Positions 54,502 to 62,532 of a DNA stretch of 64,000 nucleotides are shown here, piece by piece. The notes under the pieces were generated by a model. The model did no database searches. It was given only the letters and a program-made list of their open reading frames with translations, and was not told where the DNA came from. The number at the start of each line of letters is the position of its first letter. Position 1 is the first letter of the stretch. The stretch spans positions 13,465 to 77,464 of the forward strand of contig VYFT01000026.1 in the NCBI GenBank assembly GCA_009842245.1, read 5' to 3'. The stretch comes from Gammaproteobacteria bacterium (GTDB lineage Bacteria; Pseudomonadota; Gammaproteobacteria; Pseudomonadales; Azotimanducaceae). Position numbers and translations under genes: made by a program.

Positions 54502-54552
54502 GTAGATTCTGTCTCCTAGAAAATGTGATTCATAATCATACGGGGGTATGAA

Positions 54553-54582
54553 ATTATAGTGTTCACACGACGACCATGTCTC
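54553..54582 (-). promoter_or_regulatory. putative sigma-70 promoter for tlpA-like paralogue 1
   Basis: On the minus strand: GAGACA, an 18-nt spacer, then a perfect TATAAT about 50 nt upstream of ATG 54501, which has a GGAGA RBS. Confidence 0.4.
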
Positions 54583-54690
54583 AACGACACTTCAAGTACC
54601 TCTGTGCCCTCCTCTAGAACATACGGTACAAGCGATAGCGTCCCCCGTCAAACGGGGTATGGCTGACTCTTTGAAGTGGTATTGCGAAGA

Positions 54691-54719
54691 TTGACAAGAT
54701 GCTATTTAGGCACTAATTT
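54691..54719 (+). promoter_or_regulatory. orphan plus-strand sigma-70-like promoter (TTGACA-17 nt-TAATTT)
   Basis: A perfect -35 at 54691-54696, a 17-nt spacer, and -10 TAATTT at 54714-54719. No annotated plus-strand gene follows. Confidence 0.3.
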
Positions 54720-55002
54720 ATCAGCAAAGCGTATGAGGGGCGAAACAAAATTGGGAAAGCACTGCAAGAGCAACACGTCCAAGTAGTAGCAACAGGACAC
54801 TAAAACAGTTAAAGTGTTTCGACGACTAACCGTTATTATCTACACATTTGTCCATGAGAAAGCGGTATTTTCACGCCGTCTGGGTCTACGGACGTCGTAG
54901 AAAATTTAAGAAAAGAAATCGTGGCTGACGGATATTCGCGCGATTCTATGGTTTTAGCTCCAATAAGATCGAATAGTTGTAGGAGAAACTGCCTCGACGT
55001 TT

Positions 55003-55027
55003 ACAGTGTGTTTTACACTGTTTTTTC
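55003..55027 (+). terminator. plus-strand-specific hairpin plus T-tract (candidate intrinsic terminator)
   Basis: ACAGTGT-gtttt-ACACTGT followed by TTTTT. On the minus strand the hairpin would be followed by AAACG, so it does not serve the tlpA-like gene that ends at 55047. Confidence 0.4.
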
Positions 55028-55046
55028 TTACGTGAGTCGCTACGGT

Positions 55047-56402
55047 TTATGGATTAGAGCCGAGCCGCGCTCCGAGAAAGTCACGCAATTCGTCAGGTGT
55101 TAAATCTCGCTTTAAGATGCAACCATCTGTATCCAACACATAGTTTGCTCTGGGAAATTGAAGACCAAACGTATTCGATATGTCACCGTCGAACCCATCC
55201 GGAGCAAAAGTGTCAATCCAAGGAAGATTGAGTTCTTCACTCTTTGTTATCCAATCAGATCGTATTCCCTCAAGAGATATACTTACAACCTCGAGCCCCA
55301 ATTTTTCATAGTCGGCATATAACGAGCGGTACCGCTGGAAAGCACTCAGACATTGTCCGCAGTAATTGTCCCAAAATTCCAGCAAGACGACCTGATTATC
55401 TTGCAAAATCGAGCTAAGTGGTACAGTACTTTGATCCTTCATCGTCAAGTCGATAGAAGGTACGAATGTGCCCAGTTTACGAGCTTCGTTATTCTGCCTA
55501 AGCTCTCTATTCTCCCGCATCCACTCAAGTCTAGGTCGAACACGTTCTTCAACGATATAATCGGGTAGCTCCGAGGATAACTGTTCCAATATTGGTATGC
55601 GCTCTTCCGGTTCGAGATGATAGGTGAATTCGAGCGTAAGCAATCGTTCAATCGGGTCCGAAGACTGTTCCAGAATTTCGCGCGTTTTAGTGGTGTACAA
55701 TCGCTCATATAGTTCGTCAAGCTGTCGGCGTACCTCTTCGATTTCCTCCGACTCTGCTCTGGTGTTAGCGGCAAAGGGTTCCCGATCCCAAAATAACTTG
55801 AACTCTCCAGCGTAGTCGGCGCAACCCATATTATTCCAGTCCAAGATCACCGCGTGTACCGATGGTTCGCGTGCTGTCTCTACAGGAGAGTCTTGATCAT
55901 TAGGGGGAAGTGTAATTCTTATATCCGGTTCTTCCTTTTGCTCAATCAGATTCCGCAATTCTCGTCGTAGTTCCTGCTGTTTGAGTTCATCTTCAATAGG
56001 TCTTACAAAAATGTGAGCGTACGTCCCATCAGACTCTACCCTAAACCACATATTTTCGTCGTCGAGCACCTTCACAGTGTATCGGGCGTCCTTTTCGACT
56101 ATCATCGAACGCCCGCTCGATCTTCGTCGATCGGGGTCATTGATAGTAATAAACGCAGGTCGAGGAACTTCTTCATTGAACGCAAGACTGAACTCAAAAG
56201 AACCATCTTCTACAGGGCCGGATCCAATGACCACGTTCTGTTCCAAAGAGCGAGAAAAATAAGAGACTTCCACCTTAGCTCCCTCAAACTTGTGTTCAAC
56301 CTCAGTGAAGTCACCAGTAATCACACTCTTACTCGACCCACAAGCTGTCAACAGTGCTAGACAGATTACACCGACAAATGCAGGAAACAGTCCAGATTTC
56401 AT
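55047..56402 (-). CDS. TlpA-like thiol:disulfide oxidoreductase lipoprotein with long N-terminal domain (paralogue 2, CGQC site)
   Basis: Lipobox LLTAC, an ITGDF N-domain, and a thioredoxin fold with FWDNYCGQC. Confidence 0.8.
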   Translation of the reverse strand: MKSGLFPAFVGVICLALLTACGSSKSVITGDFTEVEHKFEGAKVEVSYFSRSLEQNVVIGSGPVEDGSFEFSLAFNEEVPRPAFITINDPDRRRSSGRSMIVEKDARYTVKVLDDENMWFRVESDGTYAHIFVRPIEDELKQQELRRELRNLIEQKEEPDIRITLPPNDQDSPVETAREPSVHAVILDWNNMGCADYAGEFKLFWDREPFAANTRAESEEIEEVRRQLDELYERLYTTKTREILEQSSDPIERLLTLEFTYHLEPEERIPILEQLSSELPDYIVEERVRPRLEWMRENRELRQNNEARKLGTFVPSIDLTMKDQSTVPLSSILQDNQVVLLEFWDNYCGQCLSAFQRYRSLYADYEKLGLEVVSISLEGIRSDWITKSEELNLPWIDTFAPDGFDGDISNTFGLQFPRANYVLDTDGCILKRDLTPDELRDFLGARLGSNP

Positions 56403-56478
56403 AGATGTTCTAGAACCGTATCAACTAAGGTACGAACTCAATTGTTAACCAATCAAACCTTACGGTTTGTGCAGGAAT

Positions 56479-57762
56479 CTAAAGTAGCTTCTCTTCAAGC
56501 ACTTCGTCAAGTTTATGCCCTCGTAAGTCGAGTGCAATGATGGTGCCTGTGCGGGCATCAAATAAATAGTTCGCTGGGACGCCCGTTACGCTATATTTTG
56601 TCGCGGCATCTGCTTCCTGGCCCATTCCAAGATTTGGCCAAGGCAAATCCTCCTCCTCAGAAGCGAGCTCCCAGTCTTCCTTGGAATCATCAATCGTAAA
56701 GGACACGATTTCAAAGCCTTTGTCTTTGAATTTCTCATACGCTTTTTTCATATGAGGAATTTCTACCCGACAAGGACCGCACCAAGAAGCCCAAAATTCC
56801 AATAACACTAAACTCTTTTCTTGTTTAAGCTCGTTCAGTGAAACTGTTTTACCGCTGAGATCCTCAGCAGTGAAATCGAGAATCTCGGTACCGATTGCGA
56901 TCTTCGCTTGCGCTTCGTTTTTCTCAATTCGGTCTATCGCTGCCACGGACTTTTCCTTAACCCATGCATCCTCAGGCAAATCATCAGCTAGCTTTACCAA
57001 AGCTTCCCAGTACCAATCCCCTATGAGCCAACTCATCTGGAGAGCAAGTTTTCGAACTTGTGGTTCATCATGAGTTGACGCTAAGGTAGATAGTCCGGCG
57101 ACTTCGAGTTCGAGCAACTGGTTTGAGAGTTCTGAAAGTTCATCCATGCGAGTTCGATACTGTTCCTCCGTTTCTTCCTCCGGAGTTACGCGAAGTCGAC
57201 TCTGTGCGGTTTGTGCCCCCACATACTCGTCGCTCATTTTCCAACTATTGATCACGGTATCGTTTAAGTGGCCGCCCGAGACGGTGAACTGACGATTCTG
57301 CTCCATCGTAATCGTCAATTCACCCGGTTCTAATATGAACTGTTGTCCCTTAGTCGGTGCTAGCTTCATCCCTTCTTCGGTTGTTGCGTCCAAAACATAG
57401 AAATACACTCGCTGCGGTTGAAAAACCTCTGCAGACAACGAAAACGTGCCATCTGCATTGATCGGTGCTTCTTCGACGATGTCGATTGAGTCCTCGATAG
57501 AGGGAGCTGCACTACTTGATGTACTCGCAGCCATCATCATGGAAGAACCCTGACTCGCACCGTCATCGCTCTGCTTTGGTGTCCACACGACAAATCGGCC
57601 GTTGGTGTATGCTTTGGAGAAATCTCCGGAGATTGTCACCAGAGTGTCCGGAGATTCCGTTACGGTCGGGGATGTCCCACAGCTACTGAGCAAAAGAGAC
57701 AATGAGCAAGCTATTACAACAACACTACTGATTATTTGAACTGTCGTCTTCCGCCGTTTCAT
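56479..57762 (-). CDS. TlpA-like thiol:disulfide oxidoreductase lipoprotein with long N-terminal domain (paralogue 3)
   Basis: ATG 57762 gives MKRRKTTVQIISSVVVIACSLSLLLSSC, a lipoprotein leader; the ORF is also open to TTG 57801. ISGDF N-domain, with FWASWCGPC in the C-terminal domain. Confidence 0.82.
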   Translation of the reverse strand: MKRRKTTVQIISSVVVIACSLSLLLSSCGTSPTVTESPDTLVTISGDFSKAYTNGRFVVWTPKQSDDGASQGSSMMMAASTSSSAAPSIEDSIDIVEEAPINADGTFSLSAEVFQPQRVYFYVLDATTEEGMKLAPTKGQQFILEPGELTITMEQNRQFTVSGGHLNDTVINSWKMSDEYVGAQTAQSRLRVTPEEETEEQYRTRMDELSELSNQLLELEVAGLSTLASTHDEPQVRKLALQMSWLIGDWYWEALVKLADDLPEDAWVKEKSVAAIDRIEKNEAQAKIAIGTEILDFTAEDLSGKTVSLNELKQEKSLVLLEFWASWCGPCRVEIPHMKKAYEKFKDKGFEIVSFTIDDSKEDWELASEEEDLPWPNLGMGQEADAATKYSVTGVPANYLFDARTGTIIALDLRGHKLDEVLEEKLL

Positions 57763-57816
57763 AAATCTCTTCAGTTCAATACTGCTAAACACGTTACTCA
57801 ATAGCTACAACTCAAC

Positions 57817-60786
57817 TTACAGCGGGAAGAACACCGAAACGTTAAACACGCGTCCATACAGTGGTGATGCATCTGGACTAGTTGGTTGCAACTGATCTCC
57901 AGCCTCATTTCTAATGTCCGTTACCCCGTAGTTGTCAAACACATTGTTGAAGACGAAAGTCACTCGCCCACCTTCAAATAAGGCCGGCATTTCCAAAAAT
58001 CCGTCAGGAATGATGTTGTAGGTCAAACTCAAATCAATCAAATCTGGCGGTGTGTACTCTCGGGAAACACCTGTGAATATCGCCTTCGTACTAGACCGAA
58101 TGGACATATCGAAATTTAACTCGATTCCTCGCCAGTACCAACCTACGTTCAGATTGGATGAAGACTTTGACACAACGCCAATCGCGGTTGTACCATCGGT
58201 CTCCCCCACCACACTGATCACGTCACTAGCTTCAGGATCTTCGGGATCAATGATGTATTCATATGCGTTTATGATCGAGTGTCGAACGCGAACGTCAAAG
58301 TCACCAAAGTCTGTGGTCGGCGTCCAACGAACCCAAAGGTCCACACCGTTTCGGTCGACGGAAGAGACATTAATCCATCGTCGTTCCTGCAAATACTCAT
58401 CCGTCTCTGGTATGTACGTGACGTCACTGGGTAGATTGTTTGGATCGACAATGAAGTTCGCCAGTCGATTAATTCGATTCTGATACTGGACATCACTCCA
58501 AGTAGCGTTAACGCTAAAGTTAGGAATTGCATCGGGTCTTACGGTAACACCAATACTCTGTGTATCTGCTGTTTCCGAGAGCAAATCTGGATTCCCACCT
58601 TCAATGATCGTGATTCCTACCTGTTGCAGACTGCCGTCTGGTTGCTGGAGAAAGAGGCCTCTAAACGGTGGACTTGGACCCATCGCAGATTGCCGTAGCA
58701 ATTGATTGAGTTGCGGTGCTACGAACGCGGTTTGGAAGTTGTATTTGACTTCAAACATATCGGTGGGCACCCAAACCATACCGAAGCCCCAAGTGGTCTC
58801 AGAACCTGGATCCGGTAATCCCTCCGGTGTGGTATCACCTTCATTGGGATTCACGTAAGTAACGTCGGGCTCTTCAAAGATGTCGTTCCTAAAAGATACA
58901 CTCAACGTCAATCGTTGTGCAAACTCTTGGGCGTTTTCCGCACTAATAAGAGGTACCATACCTTCCGCAAAAATCGCAGAATTAGTACGCTCTGCTTCCG
59001 TGTTGAACTGGGAGACGTCACCAACAGGAGATTGATCGACGGCACCAATCTGAAACTCTGTTGAACTCTCCAACGTTAGTGTTTGACGAGACGCACCAAA
59101 AATGGCTCTCACATCACCACCAGGCACCTCAAACAGCGTAGTTCGCACCACTCCTTCTACACGAAATAGACGATTCAATCCTGTCGCGAGTAAGGGTTCG
59201 TCAGCGATATACGCAGATATATCGCCCCACGGATCCGCGGCTGGAGGCGCAGGTACAGAAACCCGACACAGGCCGAATCCAAACGTACCACCCTTCGCTA
59301 AGCAGGAGGCTTGAGTTTCGCCGAATAAGAACTGAGTGACTGGTGTCTCTCCATCTGAATTCATGCCAGCCCGGAGCGCAGACCGGTCGAGTTCGAAGTG
59401 CCGATACGTCGTAGAATCATCTGACGATTGACCTAAATTTGCTTCTACAGAAATATTGTCCGTAATTCTGCCCCTAATTTCCATGCTGAAATCGAATTGG
59501 ACCGCCTCTGTTTCTGTGTACGGTTGAGCTAAATCACGACGCTGGCCACGCACATGGATTGAACGATCAAATGGGTTATTGGGATTATTCCCGGAAAGTG
59601 TTTCACCGGTATACGCTTGGTAGCCACGGTTGTTTAACACGTCTCGGGTTTCTTGCCGAACCTGAGCTTCGACTGACCAATACTCGTCCAACTCCCAAAA
59701 CACCCCGAAAGTCACACTTTCGCGATTGATATCAGGAAGTATCGTATAGCCTTCTTGAGTTTCCTTACCCCAAATTGGTCGTCGCCAGGTCCCAATGTCG
59801 TCAATGTCGTAATCCTTATCGAAGTCGTCAGGCAACGTCGCATGAGTCAATGCAACCGCGGTTTCCTTTTGGGCATCAGTTAGCCCATTGTAAACTGGTA
59901 CCGTGACCACTTCAGGTCCAAAGAAACTACCCAAATCTACTCGGTAAGCGATAGGTAAAGCGGTACCGTCAGACAGACAACAAAAGCGCACGTCCAACAA
60001 TGGTCCTGGGAACAAAGCCTGCTCAAATATGGTTATATCTTCCCTATCAGCCGCGTCTAAGCCGGTATTTGTCGACTTCTGAAAGGATGCTCTCAGGTTC
60101 ATCGCCAAAAGTTGCTGAGAGAAGTTCACGCCGAAGCGCGATTCGTTGTATCCTGCAGTGGTTGGGGAGTTGTAGTCAGCAGTAATTTCAATCGCTTCGT
60201 AATTTTTCTTGGTGATGATGTTCACCACTCCACCAACAGCGTCGGATCCATAGATCGCTGATGCGCCATCAAGCACAATCTCGATTCGTTCTACCTGATT
60301 CAGTGGAATTGCCGAAACGTCGGTAACTCCTCCAAGAATCCCATGGTGTCCCACACGTTTCCCGTCCACCAATACTAAAGTGGATTCACTTCCCAGTCCA
60401 CGCAAATTAACCGTGGAACTTGCCGAAAAGTTAGTGACGTTGTTCAGGTCACTACCAAAGCGTTCAGTTGTTGGATTTAGGTTCTGCGGTAACTGGCGAA
60501 GTACCCTCTCCAAAGTCTGTTCGCCACTCGCACGAATATCGTCCTCATTCAGAATCACTATCTGACCTGCAACTTCACCAAGATTATCTGCAAGACGCGA
60601 GCCCGTGGCGACGACGACAGGCATCTCTTCCTCTTCCTCTTCGTCTTCGTCCGCTTCGTCGGTGTCCTCGTCTTGGGCAAGGCTTAGGTTAGACAAACAA
60701 AATGCCACAACAAATACAAGAGCCCACTTCGATAGAGAGCCAACTCGCACAGTTGTTCGTTGAAAAAACTCGTCAAAGTATTTCAT
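57817..60786 (-). CDS. TonB-dependent outer-membrane receptor
   Basis: Signal peptide, an acidic linker, a TonB-box/plug region (MPVVVATGSRL, NLRGLGSESTLVLVDGKRV, ERIEIVLDGASAIYGSDAVGGVVNIITK) and a long beta-barrel; 989 aa. Confidence 0.9.
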   Translation of the reverse strand: MKYFDEFFQRTTVRVGSLSKWALVFVVAFCLSNLSLAQDEDTDEADEDEEEEEEMPVVVATGSRLADNLGEVAGQIVILNEDDIRASGEQTLERVLRQLPQNLNPTTERFGSDLNNVTNFSASSTVNLRGLGSESTLVLVDGKRVGHHGILGGVTDVSAIPLNQVERIEIVLDGASAIYGSDAVGGVVNIITKKNYEAIEITADYNSPTTAGYNESRFGVNFSQQLLAMNLRASFQKSTNTGLDAADREDITIFEQALFPGPLLDVRFCCLSDGTALPIAYRVDLGSFFGPEVVTVPVYNGLTDAQKETAVALTHATLPDDFDKDYDIDDIGTWRRPIWGKETQEGYTILPDINRESVTFGVFWELDEYWSVEAQVRQETRDVLNNRGYQAYTGETLSGNNPNNPFDRSIHVRGQRRDLAQPYTETEAVQFDFSMEIRGRITDNISVEANLGQSSDDSTTYRHFELDRSALRAGMNSDGETPVTQFLFGETQASCLAKGGTFGFGLCRVSVPAPPAADPWGDISAYIADEPLLATGLNRLFRVEGVVRTTLFEVPGGDVRAIFGASRQTLTLESSTEFQIGAVDQSPVGDVSQFNTEAERTNSAIFAEGMVPLISAENAQEFAQRLTLSVSFRNDIFEEPDVTYVNPNEGDTTPEGLPDPGSETTWGFGMVWVPTDMFEVKYNFQTAFVAPQLNQLLRQSAMGPSPPFRGLFLQQPDGSLQQVGITIIEGGNPDLLSETADTQSIGVTVRPDAIPNFSVNATWSDVQYQNRINRLANFIVDPNNLPSDVTYIPETDEYLQERRWINVSSVDRNGVDLWVRWTPTTDFGDFDVRVRHSIINAYEYIIDPEDPEASDVISVVGETDGTTAIGVVSKSSSNLNVGWYWRGIELNFDMSIRSSTKAIFTGVSREYTPPDLIDLSLTYNIIPDGFLEMPALFEGGRVTFVFNNVFDNYGVTDIRNEAGDQLQPTSPDASPLYGRVFNVSVFFPL

Positions 60787-60882
60787 AGTTGATTATCCTT
60801 GGTAAATATAGCGTTGATTGTACTCAAATATCTCGTGTCAAGCACGAAAAACAAGAGAACAAAATTGAATTATTTAGACACC

Positions 60883-61257
60883 CTAGTGGGCGTCAGTAGA
60901 ACTTACTGACATTCCGTCAAAAATAGTCTGGTATACCTTCATCCACCAGAGCTCAAAGTTGCCCTCTCTCCAGCCAGGTAACGTGTCAAATATTGACGCA
61001 ACTACGACAAACATCACGGCGATAGCACTCATGACGAGAGACACCGGGTACGCTCTTCTCATACCCAATGCAAAAAGCATCCAAACTACAGCGAAGGACT
61101 TAGTCAGGGCAGCATCAAAGCCGGGCGCGACGATAAACGCAAAAACTGCGAGTAATGTACCTCCGAATACGAGCACGTTCGTGAATTCTTGAACGCCAGC
61201 TTCCGACACTTCATGATCATGATCCGTGTGCGTGTTCAAATACAGTCTCCTAGGCAA
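60883..61257 (-). CDS. hypothetical small membrane protein (three predicted TM helices)
   Basis: 124-aa ORF with a TTG start, a His/Asp-rich N-terminus (HTDHDHE) and hydrophobic segments. No family recognised. Confidence 0.4.
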   Translation of the reverse strand: MPRRLYLNTHTDHDHEVSEAGVQEFTNVLVFGGTLLAVFAFIVAPGFDAALTKSFAVVWMLFALGMRRAYPVSLVMSAIAVMFVVVASIFDTLPGWREGNFELWWMKVYQTIFDGMSVSSTDAH

Positions 61258-61381
61258 ATTCTAGTGTGAAAGGAAAATAATTTTAGTTGTTCGTTCCGAA
61301 TTGACACCCTTGCGTATTCGGATTCAAGCAACAAGTATCAGGTCCGGATATCCAAAGTCCTCGACAAAGTATCACGGGTTG

Positions 61382-62323
61382 TCACCGTGAACTCGCTCCT
61401 AAGTGATAAGTCGCGACTAGCCCGACTGTGAAATAGGACCAAGATTTGAACACAAAATCCGATTCAAACGGAGTCCGTCCATCAGCGATCACCGGTGCAT
61501 GACTTCGAATTGTCGTCCACAATGCCTTATCACGCTCTACATCGTCTATCACCCGCCAGGTGACCCTCAGCCCGAGAGTCACATCCGGTCCAGAATATAC
61601 GTCGACGCCAGCAATAAGGCTGTACGTCAGCGTCCGTTCTTTTATCGATGCGTCAATTGCACTCAGCGAACCCGCTGCATTCATTTTTGCATCGACCGGC
61701 CAGTCTACCGGAAACGGCACGTCTAAGTACCCTTCATCCACGGTTTTGCGCAAAAACTCGTTCCCATAGTTGAAATCCAGAGCTGCAACACCCAGACCAG
61801 CACCTAGATATCCAAACCAACCCCAACTGGTAGCCAAGTCGAAATTTTTTATCACGTTCAGCCCAAAGATCAACGTTCCCTGGTCATCGTATGAGTTGTT
61901 CGGGAGCTGAAATTGAGACCATTCATTGGTTTTACTAAGAATTGCACTGTCTCCACTAGTCGCAAGTGGTAGTAGTTGTTTTGAGCTTCCAAACTGGTTG
62001 CGCTCGAAAAATCCTTCGACTCGCCAGGACCCAAATACTCGACCGTACGCTACACTAGTGAGCCAACCTCCCTCTTGTTTGAACAAGCCCGCATATGCTC
62101 GTTGACGCTGATCCGATGCACATGCGCCGTCTGTCGGTGCCTCAGCTGGGTCTGGATACAACACTGAGTCGCAATACGTGGGATGGCCAACGTGAATCAC
62201 ATCAACATCGATCTCAGATTGAGTGGTTGCCAGCCCCAATTGCAAACTGATATAGGAATCAGCGCCAAGAGGTATCGTCACAAGAAACATTAGTAAGAGA
62301 CAAATTCGCCATGTGTCGTTCAT
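61382..62323 (-). CDS. hypothetical outer-membrane beta-barrel-like protein
   Basis: Signal peptide plus alternating hydrophobic/aromatic beta-strand pattern (YSLIAGVDVY, LGLRVTWRV, YFTVGLVATYHL). No canonical C-terminal Phe. Confidence 0.5.
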   Translation of the reverse strand: MNDTWRICLLLMFLVTIPLGADSYISLQLGLATTQSEIDVDVIHVGHPTYCDSVLYPDPAEAPTDGACASDQRQRAYAGLFKQEGGWLTSVAYGRVFGSWRVEGFFERNQFGSSKQLLPLATSGDSAILSKTNEWSQFQLPNNSYDDQGTLIFGLNVIKNFDLATSWGWFGYLGAGLGVAALDFNYGNEFLRKTVDEGYLDVPFPVDWPVDAKMNAAGSLSAIDASIKERTLTYSLIAGVDVYSGPDVTLGLRVTWRVIDDVERDKALWTTIRSHAPVIADGRTPFESDFVFKSWSYFTVGLVATYHLGASSR

Positions 62324-62532
62324 ATATTTACCTAAAGCATGCTCAAGACTAGAAACGTTTATTTTGGTGATTCAGGCAACTATTAAGGCGACATAGTCTT
62401 AAAAATTGGTACGTTACCGTAACTTCTAAGAGGTCTGTTGGCACAGTACAACTGAAGATATCTCGAATCTTTAGACCTCGAAGGACTCCTACGACAGGAA
62501 ATTGAAATCGGTGTGAAGAAATACCAAACAGA

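Noticed and set aside
54854-54928. 24-codon very basic micro-ORF (MRKRYFHAVWVYGRRRKFKKRNRG) as a stand-alone gene call.
   Set aside because: It has no Shine-Dalgarno and I recognise no family. It is retained only as a note within the spacer finding.
54921-55103. 60-aa plus-strand ORF spanning the hairpin and the 3' end of tlpA-like paralogue 2.
   Set aside because: It runs through a predicted terminator and overlaps a well-supported convergent gene. It has a GTG start with no RBS.
60787-60882. Possible Fur box upstream of the TonB-dependent receptor (GATAATCAAC, and GTTGATT appearing twice).
   Set aside because: There are only partial hexamer matches to GATAATGATAATCATTATC, which is not enough to call an iron box by eye.
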